The notes: generated from the sequence alone by a model not told the origin. DNA of 63,727 nt from Podarcis tiliguerta (GCA_965153285.1 OZ229110.1); one strand, 5' to 3'; counted from the first letter of the stretch, positions 1 to 13,178 are shown. A program made the numbers and translations.

Positions 1-2699
1 AGACAAATGTTCCTGGTGGAAGGATTGGTGGCGAGGCATCAAATCCCAGCAGGAGCACAGATGTTCCCCCTTTTTATAGGTTTCCCAAGGAACACTTTGG
101 CTCTGAGCAGTTTATCCCAGTCTGGGTCTGCATGTGAATGGACAGGCAGCCTGGTTTGTGTGTTTCCCCCCTCCCGGCAGGGTCAAGCATAGGGTGGCGG
201 GGCAAGTGCGGGTAAAGCCAACTGTTATCTGCAGCAAACCACCCAGGTGACCGTTTTTGCATCCTGCAGTATCTGCCTGGGAAGTACTGCTCCAAGCTGA
301 GGACTCCCCTCAGAGCTGTGCCTGAAGACAGAGTGCTGTGGGGATGCTCTGCGAATTAGCTTTGGCCATATTTTGGCTGTGCAAACCATGTTGGCTAGGA
401 AGGACAAGCTCAAGGCATTAGGTTTCTCCACCAAAAATGTAACATCTGCTCAGTGCCAGAAGGGGGAAGGAAACTACGGGGAGATATCCCATGCGATAAA
501 GATTTCCTGGAGTGGAACCATAATGTGTAAATAAGATCAGTGTGTCTGAGTTTGATGTTGTAAAAGATTCTACCAATCTCTTGCAATCCTGGGCAATTTT
601 GCCTCATTTCTCCTTCCGTAAAAGAGAGCCGTTCTTTGACTTTGAGGGCTGCGAGTAGGTGGAGTGATTGGGGGGGGGGGGGAGAGAACACTCAACAATA
701 TGGAAGAATCCCTTCTCCTCACAGTTCATTCGAGAGCCTGCATCTGAAATTGAATCTGCCGGACAAAAACCTGTCCCATTTTTTTTTCTACCTGCCCTTA
801 GTCTGCCTCCTTTCAACTATGACAGTTTTACTAACTGAAATGAATGGCTTTGCCTTCCGTGGTACTTTTCTTAGTACACATTTACATCAAGGGCTGCAAA
901 CAGAGAGCTGGGTGATAAATGTAAGGGAGAATTTGCAGAGAATAAGCTTTAGTGCAATGTATATTTATAGAGAGAGAGAGAAAGAGAGTGCAGTTTTTTC
1001 AAATGCCAGTCCTTAAAAACCTACTCACTGTAGTCGGATCACAAGATGTGACATAGTCTGTGCTGCTCTTGAAGCACAAGAGGTTTATGTGTCTAGGTCC
1101 CATAAGAGTTAATGGAGGATGTGCATGTTAATCTCCACAACTGTGAGATAATAGGGGCCTTTTTATGTAGGGATGAGATGGGAAGCTTATGAAATTTCAA
1201 AAGGAACCCAGCGTTAGATTTAATGTGTCCTATTAATACTTTATTTTAAATATTTATAAAACAGGCAGGCCAGAAGAAAATAAGATGTAAGACCCTTATT
1301 AATAACCCAGCAGCACACCTGGTCCTGCTCTTACTGAGGCTAATGGCAATGTGACTCTGGCTGCGCACAGCCAATAGCTTCTGGGAGACTCAGACGCAGT
1401 TCTGTGGGTATGTCATTGCCTGTAGTACGTAAGTCAATAGTTTGCATTTCACTTTAGTTGCTGGTAGGAATGTTCAGGGTTCCAAATTATGCCTTCAGAA
1501 AGCCAAAACTAGACCCGGGGTGACAACACCTCCACACCAATTTTGTGTGCACTGTTGTCATAATTGATCATTGGGATAAGTGTCCATGGCAAGTTGCATT
1601 CTTGCACATCCCCACCCCAGTACCTGATCCACTTTCTGGCACAGTTTTTAAATTCCACCAACTTACACACACACACATGCCCATGCAGTTCCTTCCCCAA
1701 ACAAAGGCCACATTTCCCCTTAAGGCTGAAACTGACCAAACCCCAAGCTGCTTGGAATCCTGTCCGGCAAATTCAGCGTATTCTCATACTGTGAGACTAG
1801 GAGGAAAGACTCCAATTAGGAAAACAGGGAACAGGATCCTATTCTGTAAGAGGCACCTTTGCCCCATTATATCTGTATCATTTTCAGGCTGCCAATACTT
1901 GAACAGATCCTGACTGTGGTGCAGCAGGGGAGGTTCCTCTCTCTCTTCATACTATGGAAGGCAGGCTAGGAACTGGGCTGCACACAAGTGCTTTGTGGCT
2001 GACAGGTCTTGGCCACAGCGAACGAGAAAGCCAGTTACCTCCTGAGGTGGAGAGGATTCCTGTGTAGGAAGCCCTGAGACCTCTTCCTCCAACCAGCCAA
2101 TGCTGAGGATTCCTCATACTAAGGGCCACATAGAGTATTTCAGCCATGTCAGCGCTGCAGGCAAGTACTCATTTGTAAGGCTAGCATGAAACAGAATTTC
2201 CCTCAATGTGCCTACTGCAGGATAGTGGTTTGGTATTTGGTCCAATCGCCCAAGTGTTGCCGGAATGGGGCAAGTTCTCAAACGTTTTCTTGCTGAAACA
2301 GGAAGGAACGGGCCCTTCCCTCCCACAGATAACACCTTTGAAGTTTTGAAATATAACTTGAAAGGCCCGTATCTGCAATCTGAGCCTCTGAAAAGAGAAT
2401 TTATCCTTTAGTTCATGTGCGGCAAGAGATAACAAGCCAGGCAGAGTGTGTGTGTGTTTTTCAGAAGCGAAAGGGACTTCAAGCTAGTTTCCTGGGTGCC
2501 ATGCTCTCTGACCTGAATGCCTTTCTGCATGTTGCAAGTTCTGTATGTGGAGGTCACTTGTGGCAACTTAAGGGCGATGCAAAGGCACTCTGCATGTTCT
2601 CAAAGGTGTTCTTCTACAGGCCTGAATTCTGGCATTGAAAATAGCATTTCTAGAGAGGCAATAGAGAAGCAGTCTCTCCCCTCTGCTTGTCAGGCTACG

Positions 2700-3220
2700 T
2701 GCAGTATTCCTCGGGGGTATATCTGGGCTCTGGTTCTCATGAACTGTACAGAGGTTTTAAAAATACCTGCAACAAACTCTCTTTAAATATGCTGTAGGAT
2801 TAATATCTACAATATAACCTTTAATATACTGAATAACAGTATATTCCTCTATCCCCACTTGTTGTAGACCTAAGCTTTTGGTCCAAGAGCCACATACCGT
2901 TGCATCAAAATCTGCAGCAGAGGGTGTCTTCACAGTTGCAACAAGGTCAGGAAAAAATGTAGCCCTTCCATCTCTTGTTTGTGATATGTCCTGCACATTT
3001 TCCTGTGATAGCTGGACGATCTTTTTTAATGCACCCAAGCTCAGCTTTTCAAAAGTCATCAAATGTGGACTATTTGGTGAAATGTGTTGGCGTATCGGAA
3101 TGGTGGGATGCCTGTTGTATTTTGATTGTTGTGTCACCATCCCTGAGTGATGGATACCAGTTTGTTCAAAGAAAGCTGACTTCAGTTACACTTGATTTTC
3201 TGATTCCAAAAGGGTACTGA
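2700..3220 (-). mobile_element. Possible very old non-LTR retrotransposon RT remnant (Rex1/Babar-like)
   Basis: Minus-strand translation gives VPFW... then SPHLMTFEKLSLGALKKIV, LQQVGIEEYTVIQYIKGY and DIPPRNT. These occur in the order of the LINE RT motifs (VPxxWK, TSHxMKxFEKLVL, LxxxGI, GxPQG). Similarity is weak and frameshifted. Confidence 0.3.
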
Positions 3221-3398
3221 AAACTCTATGCCTGTCTAATTATATTTTATGCCAGGCTGTGCAATACAATATACGTGCCACAGCAATCAGCGAGTTAATG
3301 GTATCAATCAATTTGTAAACAGATGAAGTCACTCATTCTCAAACTGGTTCCCCCCCCCAAACAATTACTAAATTACAATGGTGCGGGGGGGGGGGGGG

Positions 3399-3730
3399 NN
3401 NNNNNNNNNNNNNNNNNNNNNNNNNNNNNNNNNNNNNNNNNNNNNNNNNNNNNNNNNNNNNNNNNNNNNNNNNNNNNNNNNNNNNNNNNNNNNNNNNNNN
3501 NNNNNNNNNNNNNNNNNNNNNNNNNNNNNNNNNNNNNNNNNNNNNNNNNNNNNNNNNNNNNNNNNNNNNNNNNNNNNNNNNNNNNNNNNNNNNNNNNNNN
3601 NNNNNNNNNNNNNNNNNNNNNNNNNNNNNNNNNNNNNNNNNNNNNNNNNNNNNNNNNNNNNNNNNNNNNNNNNNNNNNNNNNNNNNNNNNNNNNNNNNNN
3701 NNNNNNNNNNNNNNNNNNNNNNNNNNNNNN
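3399..3730. other. Assembly gap (332 N)
   Basis: N run directly after a poly-G tract. Confidence 0.95.
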
Positions 3731-6009
3731 GCCTTCCTTCCCATTCTTAGCATTCTCAGCATGCAGGTGAAAATGTTTTCAAAATATTGAGGTAATTTGA
3801 AAATCAATCCATGCATTCTTCATCTTCTTCCTTTGGTGTAGGAAATGCTGCCATAGATGGCACAATATGTTGGCTTGGCACTTTCTGAAAGCAGCGATGA
3901 TGCCACAGCATTGGGTTTGGGGCATCAGATTAGACAATGACAATACAAAATGCCTGGATCCTTTTGCCCAGAGGCCGCAAATATCAGGAAGTGCTCAGTC
4001 ATCCAAACTGGGGGGGAAAGTTTTCAGATGCTGTATTTGCTTAAATGATCTTCTGTTGACTTGCTGTCTCCTTCCAAATTAAAAAGAAGACACTGTCAGC
4101 CAAATCCTGTACACATTACTCCAAGGAAAGGGTATGCATGGGCTTCCAGCCTAAATTGCCTGCACTGAGTTTAAATAATACAATTCAGATACTGAAAACT
4201 AAAAACTATGCTAACGTGCAGTGCAGATCAGTTTGACTTCTTCTTTAACGTCAATGCAATTCACTCTGAAGTCTCAATCAAGCTGATGTTTCCTTTAAAA
4301 TATTTTCATTTGTTAATATTTAATAGACGACTCTTTGCTTATGCCAGTATTGTGCATTTGTAAAACTTGTATGTATCCATCTAGCAGCAGCCTGGTTCCT
4401 TACTCAACCATTTTAGATGTCGGAGCCACATGCGTGTCTTCCTTGGCCGTGATCTAAGAAACACCAGGCCTACATAACAAATGATCGAATAAAACTCCCA
4501 TATGCCTCTTTATGCAATTGGAACCGTCACCACATTTTTGTCAGTCTCTAAAACAAAGCGTCATTTATAGCAATGCATGAATACATTTTAGCACCTGCAT
4601 TTGTTTGTTTGTTTGTTGGCTATTTGCGACTCAGACAGAATGCGTCTGGATGCTCAGAAAGGGGAATATCGAGGCGATAGCAGGTTCCAAGGCCTCATGC
4701 AATTTTAAGGCAAGTCAGACTGCCTACACTTAAAGGAACTTTGAATAACTTAATCACTGCAGATTTTGCTCTGTTTGCTGGACTCTAGTATGGCAGTTAA
4801 GTGATGATTGATTTCCCCCTTTCTTATAATCTTCAAGCATCACAACTGCCTGTTTAACCTGCCTGTTTATACTGTGTCTAGTTCAAGCTGCATCAGAAAA
4901 CAGTTTTTTAAAAAATACTTAGAGGCAAGTAAGTCATTGGGTGAAGATTTGGGTTCTAATTCTGCCGCCTCCTTCTTTTTGAGATAGTCTGAATAAAGCC
5001 TAAGCAGGTGAGAAGGCTGTTAGTCGACAGAGAAAACGTAACATGGATAAGAATAATACCGAGTCCCATGGTAACTTCAGAAAGTGCTGACTTCGGTATC
5101 TTGGTTTATGAAAAGAAGGACAAAGGGTTATGCTATTCATTTGGCTTTTGTGCATCTCAGTTTTTACAACTTCAGAGGCTGCCAAAGTGGGGGGGGGGGG
5201 AGAGAATGATGTTCATCACCTAAGCTAAACGATTTATCAATATGATTTATAAAATGACGGTACTAGAATGTTAAAATTTATCAATCAGGAGCATGCAGTA
5301 CCACCAATAGATTAAAATCTGGCAACATGTGATTAAAACAAAAAACAAAACACATGCACAATAGTTTTTCTGCTCTAATTCTGTTTTGTGGTAGCAAAAC
5401 CAAGTGGTCAAGGCTTGAAAACAAAAGTTTAGAATTTGGGATTTGTGGTGCAGAAATCTGGCTCTCCAATTGTGAGCTCAATTACTAATTTTCTGTGTAC
5501 TTTTCTGAAATAACAAATTGGATTTGTTTCTGAATCTGCTGAGCCCAACATAGTTCAGATATATCCAATATTCCAAATCTCTGTAGGAATATGTCTTATT
5601 ATGTACGTATAACACATTTATTTTCTCCCCCTTTCCCCACTGCCCAATGTTACTGAATGAGTGGAACCCATTTCTACTGAAGTAATGGTGCTTTTTTTAT
5701 TTATTAAAAAGATCTTCAAGCATGAGCTGTTACAGAGCACTTAAGGCATGAATTGTTATGAGGTGGGCTTTTTTGGCCCACTTTGAGTGCTTTTTTGCAT
5801 AGGCCCATGTGGGCTACAGACACATGTTCCTTAGGGGGAAGGGCGCTGGAACAAATACCAGTTACTCCTCAGTACTTTTGGACTCTTTTCCCAGGAAGTT
5901 GATGGAGAGAGAAAGGGAGAGGGAGGTAGCGAGAGAGAAATCTATATTCTTAAAAACAAGAAAATATATTTCTTGCAGTTCAATTCTAACAATGCTTCGT
6001 TGAAAGAAA

Positions 6010-6270
6010 TTCCTGCTGAGTTCAATGGGAGGTGGGTTTCCCTCAGGTAAATGTACTTAGGATGTAAGCCATGCAGTCCAACTCTATACGTGTTTACTCA
6101 AAAGTAAACCCCACTTCGTACAATGGCAATTACTCCCAAGCCAGCATGCATAGAATCAGAGACTTTGGATTCCCTTTGGAGTTATACGGCAATCCGATGC
6201 ACATTTACTCAGAAGTAAGCTCCCATGTGTCCAACGGAATATACTCCCAAGTAAGTGTCCATCGGATCGC
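6010..6270. mobile_element. Three adjacent copies of a ~85-bp palindromic reptile MITE-like repeat
   Basis: Units at ~6010-6070, ~6073-6157 and 6189-6270 share TTTACTC..AAGTAA.CCC...CAATGG...TACTCCCAAG. The third copy has arms GCAATCCGATGCACATTTACT / AGTAAGTGTCCATCGGATCGC. Confidence 0.7.
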
Positions 6271-7743
6271 AATCTTAAAAAGGCATTTCGGGTGCCTCCG
6301 TTTTCCTTTCCTTTCTTTTTTCTTTTTGGTGGAACGAGGAACCTCGGCCTGTAAGATCCATGCAAATCTTACAAGCTCCCTCCTGCCCTCAGAGTTCCCT
6401 GCAGCCTCATCATTTTGCCCGCTGCGTTATCTTTGCCTTCCTATGGCAAGCCCCAAAGCCTCAAACATTTTGTAACAACTATGTGACAAATTGTGGTGCT
6501 TTTATTCATGTCAGACATCTTTGCCAGGATTGCTTGTTGTGTTTTCTCTTTGGCTGTGTCATGGGACCAAAGGTGGCTGCTTTTGTACAGCATGTCAAAT
6601 CTGGTTAACATGCAGCCATTTATCTTTAAACCCACTTCTGAACAATGGCACTGGTGCGCTAGGGCCACTGGTACACACAGGGCTCTCTGCTTCAAACATC
6701 CTTTTCTTTCTCTAGCTGGCTTTCCCACCCACCCTTCTTCTTCTTCTTAGCTCTTTGCTTTTTATTCTTAAAGCACTGTCCTCTCTGTATGTATGTGTGC
6801 ACCTCAAACTGAAGCAAGCTGTCTCACAGGTCATGCGGCAGTTAAGATGTTTCATAATTTTGGAAACCTTTTAGAGACAAATTGTACGGTGCAAGTGTAG
6901 TGTAACTGAACTGCTGGTTGTCCACTGAAGTGGAGCAAATCAGAAGCAGCACGGTATTTTTATTATTATTATTTTGAGGGGGGGGGAGGAGGAATCCAGC
7001 CTCTGTACATACATCAGAATTTATAAGAAACTATAAGGAGGAAGCCACAATCCCATATGGTGATTTTTTAAAAAAAGAAATGGGCAGGGTGATTTCTCTG
7101 TTTTATGCATGGAGTGAAAACTCTAAATGCTTACTTGCCAACCTAGACAAACATGATAATGCATGCATATCTGTCCAGGAGACAACATGTTTCTAGTTCG
7201 GATTATTTTTGCATATATGTCAAAGGAAATGTTACATGCTTGCATTTGGCATATACATGGTTCTGTCCGTTTAATGGATTGTAGGGCATTTACTGAAGAG
7301 TCAACAAATAGGCCTAGCCATGCTATTTAGAAATGTTTCTCTTTTTCTTTTTTAAAGGCTTTTCCAAATCTAGTCACTTTCCAGCTATTCAGATCATGCA
7401 GAAAACTTTATAATGACTTTGACGCACCGGAAGATATGGTGATTATAATCTACCGTTGCTATAGAAATTAAAACATTGCATTCAAAAGTTGAAAATAATA
7501 AATCCTCAGAGAAACGAAGGTGATGCCTTGCTCCAGTATTTAAAGTCACCAAATTGGTTTGCAATGAATGATTTCTTGCATGGAGCAATTATTATATCAT
7601 ATATTGCAGTGAGGTTACTTGAAAGCAGGGGGCAGGGGGAGAGAGAAGCTATACACATTGTTTTGTTTTTATTTCTTTTCTCTCTCTTTTTTGAGCAAAG
7701 GACCCGAGAGATTGCTTTTCACTTTGAAAACAATCCCTAATAT

Positions 7744-7883
7744 NNNNNNNNNNNNNNNNNNNNNNNNNNNNNNNNNNNNNNNNNNNNNNNNNNNNNNNNN
7801 NNNNNNNNNNNNNNNNNNNNNNNNNNNNNNNNNNNNNNNNNNNNNNNNNNNNNNNNNNNNNNNNNNNNNNNNNNNNNNNNNNN
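7744..7883. other. Assembly gap (140 N)
   Basis: N run. Confidence 0.95.
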
Positions 7884-9596
7884 AAATGACAGTGCTCTAA
7901 AGATGCCTAGGCTTTGGAGATGGAGTTTATGAAACAGGCATTTGTAAATTCAAAGGAATCAATATGTCAATTTTATTACATCTCAGGACCAGCTGGGCAT
8001 TAAAGGAACAGTGGCCTCCCCGCTCCCCCCCCCCCTCAAAATTGCAGCTGCGTCTTCCTGCATTGTGTACCTCTTTTTAAAAGGCTTAGAATATTTGGAA
8101 AATGTACTTTTCTCAGAGATTTTGCACCTATTCAAGGATTGCTTCTGCATTGTCGGGAGAGAAAAGAGGAGAGGAGGGGGAGAGAGAACACAGTAATTTC
8201 GTCGTTTTTTCTTTTGGAAACAAAAGATGTGTTTCTGAAGCGGGTGCACATTTACAAAGGAGCCAGGATTGCAACCTTAGGTCTCTTGTAAGATTGGTAA
8301 ACTTCCTTGATACTGCAATGCTTGCAACTCACCACAAAGGAAGATAAGAACTCTTCCTAGGCCAAATATTGAAAACATTTCAGAAGCTGTGAGAAATCTA
8401 TACCTGTACTTTAAAAGCCAAGATTTTATCCCTGGCTGTTGGATTCAGTTACACAGCATCAGATACCTGACAGATCACAGATTAGGCATTCTCTGTCAGT
8501 ACTGGCCAAAGCCAAATCTAAACAATATCTGGTGCTTGCCCTTGTTTTAAAAGGCATGTAGCTGGGCATTCGGAATGATTCAAAGCTCTGTCTCAACTTA
8601 AGTGACCTTTGGTTATCTGAAGGTACTGTTTCTTTCTTTGGAAACGAGGCACATTTATATGTCGTGGGGAGTGTTGAGATGTAGACAGCTGAGATCTCTT
8701 TGAGACAGGCAGCTGCTGCATGGAGAGGAAGGTGAATCTAGGTGTAGTTCCCATCCGGCTGTGGCCTGCTTAGCTTGCTGCGCAACTCCTGTAGAAACCA
8801 GCAGCAGCCAAGAGCAATGTTTAATTTGTGCCTGTGCTTACCAGGGCTTTGGCTCAGCCACAGAACCGATGATGTCGCAAGAGCAAAGAATGTGGTGATG
8901 ATGTACAGGACTATTGAACTAGGGCAAGAGTCACATGTGCTGCTGCTACTGCTGCTGCTCAAATTTGGGCTGTATTGATCGGTCCTCCATTGAACCTACC
9001 ACTTGCTACTGAGTAGCCATACTCATACGTTCAGTTATAGGGAATAATAGAAGGAATAATAGAGGGGGATAAGGGTGCCAGGTCCCTTCTCTCTCTCTCT
9101 CCCCCTCACACCTAACCCTCCTGAATCCTAGAGAGTCCCCAAGGCTTCCTAGCATGGTAGGAAGGGATAGATACATTCAGATCACAGAGCATGACTTCTA
9201 AGTACTCAAGGGTGGATTAAAATGGGTTGGGGTTGAATGTTCTGAGGTTCAGTGTTAGCTCAAGATTTGGGGTATATCTTGACCTCGATGCTCTCGATGC
9301 CCAGCTGAGGACCAGGGCACCCCAAAAGTTGAGCTTTTTAAAGCGAAACCCGGAAGTTGTTGAGGGTTGTTTTTTTTACAAAAACATCCAAAAATGTGAT
9401 TCACTTGTCTAAAATCCAGGACAAAGCACAGCCTTACGGAAATTTCCTGACATCAATTCCACCTTTGAAATCCCGGCCCTGGCATATACTTTTCAAGAGA
9501 CACACGCACATGAGTTCCACTCACATCACTCTGAAATTTGATGTTGTAAAGCCACGACGAGTATTTTCATTCTTTTATGTTCCTCTATTTATGAGA

Positions 9597-9715
9597 ATAG
9601 GACCATAGGAAGCTGCCTTATAACAAGCTCTTATTTGTCCATCTAGCCCAGTATTGATTGGCAGAGAAGCGTCTCAGAGAGTCCCATCACTTTCTGCTTG
9701 ACATGTGCAGGATCT
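9597..9715 (-). mobile_element. Squam3-like SINE 3' fragment
   Basis: ATAGGACCATAGGAAGCTGCCTTATA...GTCCATCTAGCCCAGTATTG, homologous to the fuller copy at 11421-11611. Confidence 0.65.
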
Positions 9716-10246
9716 GAAAGCAGATTCACCTCAGATCATTTCACCACATTTCAGTAGGACATGGACACTTGTCGGACTCTGACTCCCATCAGGGTTCTGC
9801 TTATAGCATATTTAACATAAATAAGAGTTGCTTTGATGAATCCAAAGATGGAAATAGTTCTGCAATGTAACTCTAGCAGCTGTTTACCAGTTGCACCTGT
9901 GAAGGAGGAGACCAACCTTTATTCTTTGACCCCTCCCCTCCCAACATCTGGTAATTAGAAGTATACTGCCTTTAATTACCAGGTATTAGAGGTGCAGCTA
10001 TTAAGCAAAACAGAAAAAAAGCAAACGATAGGCCCATACATCCATTAATTTCTCCACTCCTTTGTAAAGTTGAGTCAAGGAACATAGGCAGATCCTGGAA
10101 CCTGTTGAGCATTGTGCTGTGCTCTGTGTTAAATATACAACCTTCAGGTAGATCGTGAAGCAACTTAAAAGTGGTGGAAGTGATCACCCCTCTTTTCGTT
10201 GGATCATGTTCATTGCACGCGGAAGCTCCATGCTTCAATTATGTGT

Positions 10247-10350
10247 ATATTATTTATTTATTAAATCTATAGACCGCCCACTATCCGAGGATCACAGGGC
10301 GGTTTACAGTATAAAACCACAAAAATACACAGCATAATAATGAACAACAA
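10247..10350 (-). mobile_element. L2-like LINE 3' tail fragment
   Basis: TATTATTTATTTATTAAATCTATAGACCGCCC...CACAGGGCGGTTTACA, the typical reverse-oriented L2 terminus with a short stem (CCGCCC/GGGCGG). Confidence 0.6.
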
Positions 10351-11420
10351 TGAAAAAAGTAACACAAGGATCAGGTAGCATGTGATGTGAAAGACAGAGA
10401 CCCTGGAGAATTGTTGCAGGTCCAAGTAGACATGAGTGGGTTGGATGGAACTTCTCTGAGTTCCTGGAAGTTCTCTGAAGGCTTTTTGATCCAGAAGAGG
10501 TGTCCAAAGCTGGGAACACCAATGAAGGAAATCTAGGGTGATTCTACTTCCTCTGCAGTTCTCTACCTGTTCCCAAAGGTACCCCAACACTGGGGCAGAT
10601 TTGGGGTGGTATAGAGGGCTATAGAGGGAATTGGGGAATGGCTTTCTCCTTTCTGCTGATGGAAGCCTCTTCCATCACACAGTTGCATACAACCTACTGA
10701 ATGTTTTACACTGGAAAGAGAAAATGTTATTAGTGCCACTAAAGATTCTTGATTCAAATTACGTATTAGTAATTATGGAAAATGTTCTGTGTTTCTGCTC
10801 AATTCTGTTTTGTTGTTTCTTACCATGTTATTATGGACTATTCCTATAGAGTCAAGTTAATTTGGCTGCAATCCTACATACTTTGACTTGGTATTTCCAA
10901 GTATGCGTACTCTGTAATTCTTTGGGTTTGCCTAGTATCCGTTAATGTTTTATAGCCTTTTGCAAACTAGACCCCGCCTCCCTAAGCATCTAAAGGGCAG
11001 TGCTGGGTGGGGGGGGGGATCAGCGAAGGTAAATCACAACTAGAGGTACTTTCTGGAAGTTCTTATCTCAGGCACTTCTTTATTTCTGCAGTTGCTTCCT
11101 TAGAAACAAGTGTGCTACTGCTTTTGGAAACTTCCACCTCAGTAGTTTAATTGGCCTAACCCACGAAAGGATTGGTTTGCAATGCGTAGGATGATGGCAA
11201 GTAGACAGTGGATGATAATGACTGCTTTGTTTTTTGCAGAACCCATTTTACCACCACAGCACCACCTCGTTACTGTCTTGTCATGCATTTCCGGAATCCA
11301 CTTAGTATGAAATGAGTAACATAATGTTAGTTGCTTAGATGGAAGTTTTTCTCCATATTTCATCCTTTTTTCCCTTGGGCCCCAGTTATTTGTGTTCAGA
11401 ATGGTTCCCTCTCCTCTTGG

Positions 11421-11611
11421 GAAACACAGGAGGTGGCTTTAAACCAAATCAGATTGTTGATGCATTTAGCTCAGTATTGTTGACATTGAGTGGAAGCAGC
11501 TCTCCACAGTTTTCAGGCAGGAGTCCTCGGTAGGCCTACCTAGAGATGCCACTGATTGAACCTGAATATTTTGCATGTAACACGTGTGCTCTACTACCGA
11601 CCTATGACCTT
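11421..11611 (-). mobile_element. tRNA-derived SINE, Squam3-like, near full length, diverged
   Basis: Pol III B box GGTTCAATC (revcomp of 11554-11562) and a degenerate A box near 11590-11607. Body CATTTAGCTCAGTATTG...GCAGCTCTCC..TTTCAGGCAGGAGTC..CCTACCTAGAGATGCC. Confidence 0.75.
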
Positions 11612-12928
11612 TCTCCTACACATCCTATCCAGAATTCCAATGGCAAATTCCAGCTCACAGTCCCATTCTTGACATCTCAAGACGTTCATGATTCTGCACA
11701 TAGTTCTTTCAGGTTTCCTTTCCCTCCTTGGCCATAGCTTACTGAAGGGTGTTTCACTTTTGATTCTAAATTGGGGAAAGAGCTATTTTGACAGTTGACA
11801 GGCTGTGCAATGTTGATAAACAGAGCAAAAGATAATGCATCATAACTAGTATGTAAAATAAAGGTGCCACGTAGGACAGCTACGCCACTGCTGAAGAATT
11901 AATTAAAAACTATGCCCTCAAATTGTACATAAAGCATCTAAATTTTCTCAGAAGCTAACATCTTGCATAGTATCTAATTATTCTTTTATAGTCCTAGAGC
12001 ATGTATAAAGTCCAACTTCATTCTGAGAGCTTTCTTTTCCAAAAGAACATTCCAACCCATTTCCTCTCATCTTCATCAGCCAAAGATGCCACAAAAAGGC
12101 GAGACTCATAATGTTTTCATAGGAATCTGTAGCAGCTCAGAAAACAAGGATGGCATTTCGTCAAACACAAACATTTATATATAATGTGAAACACACAGTG
12201 TGTTTGTGTTTGTGTTGGGGTCAGGAATCAAAATAATGCTGCAATTCTGTTACAAACCCATAAAATGCCAAGAAATTAAGAGGAAAGGCCTTTAAAGTTC
12301 ATCTTGATCTTGTGTATATATTTTGTATATTGTCCCATACAACAATATAATTGCAATATTTGCAAGGTTTACATTGTTGTTTTATACTCAGGTATGAAGG
12401 AGGGAAAGCAATACACTTTCTCATAGGAGGCAAACCTTTCAATAGCAATTCCCCCCCCCCTTCAATTTCATAGATATTTTGTTTAATAAAACCTTTACAA
12501 TATTCTGCATAAGCAGGTTGAGAAATAAGAGTACCAACTCATCTGGACTTGTATTGAACAAGAAATGTGGATCTTCTAATCTGGCATATTGACAGCTGAG
12601 ATTGTCACCTGAAGACCCTCATGAATATTATCCTCTGTGTTAAAAGTTTAGTCTGTAATACAAAGGCTGGTCTTGGATTAAGCCACAGTGCAAATCCAGC
12701 CATATAAACTCACTCCCAATAAAACACGCATAGGACTCTATTGTAAGGATAGTAGATTTCTGCTCTACTCTACATATCTGCAGACATCTAAAGCCACTCC
12801 ATCGGCAGGTGCTATGTTTAAGTATGTTGACCTCTGTGGTACTACAATCTTAAAAAGAAAACACAGCACTGCAAAGATAAATGGAAGAGCAAAACTCTGT
12901 CATTGATCTGATTGATGAGTCTTGCAGC

Positions 12929-13178
12929 ATGATCGTAACAGCTTCTTCAGAGACTTTTACAATCTTTATGAAAGAGCAAGAGGCGCTGCCAATATCTGCA
13001 GATCATTGTCATGATAGACCGTAACGGCTTCTTCAGAGCTGTTACGGTCTATCGTGTCAATGCGTACTTAGGGAGTCCTCAATGCATGGATCATTGACAC
13101 GATACTACATAACGGCTCCTTAGAAGCCATTACTGGGTATCAAGTCAATGCATACTTAGGGAGTCTTTAATGCACAGA
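12929..13178. repeat. Tandem array (period ~86-88 bp, 3 units) of 59-nt hairpins
   Basis: Hairpins at 13004-13062 and 13092-13150, each CATTG...CAATG and followed by C(G/A)TACTTAGGGAGTC..AATGCA. A degenerate third unit at ~12929-12964 contains CGTAACAGCTTCTTCAGAG. Confidence 0.9.

Noticed and set aside
11554-11611. tRNA gene
   Set aside because: The Pol III boxes belong to a decayed SINE head; there is no cloverleaf.
13020-13140. miR-451 orthologue (GAAGCCGTTAC and CCATTACTG resemble parts of miR-451) or a SECIS element
   Set aside because: The matches are short and split between units and strands, the seed differs, and no miR-144 is nearby. There is no UGA/GA quartet for a SECIS.
12929-13178. 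CRISPR-like array (palindromic repeats with spacers)
   Set aside because: Eukaryotic context, no cas genes, and two spacers are near-identical, so this is a tandem duplication.
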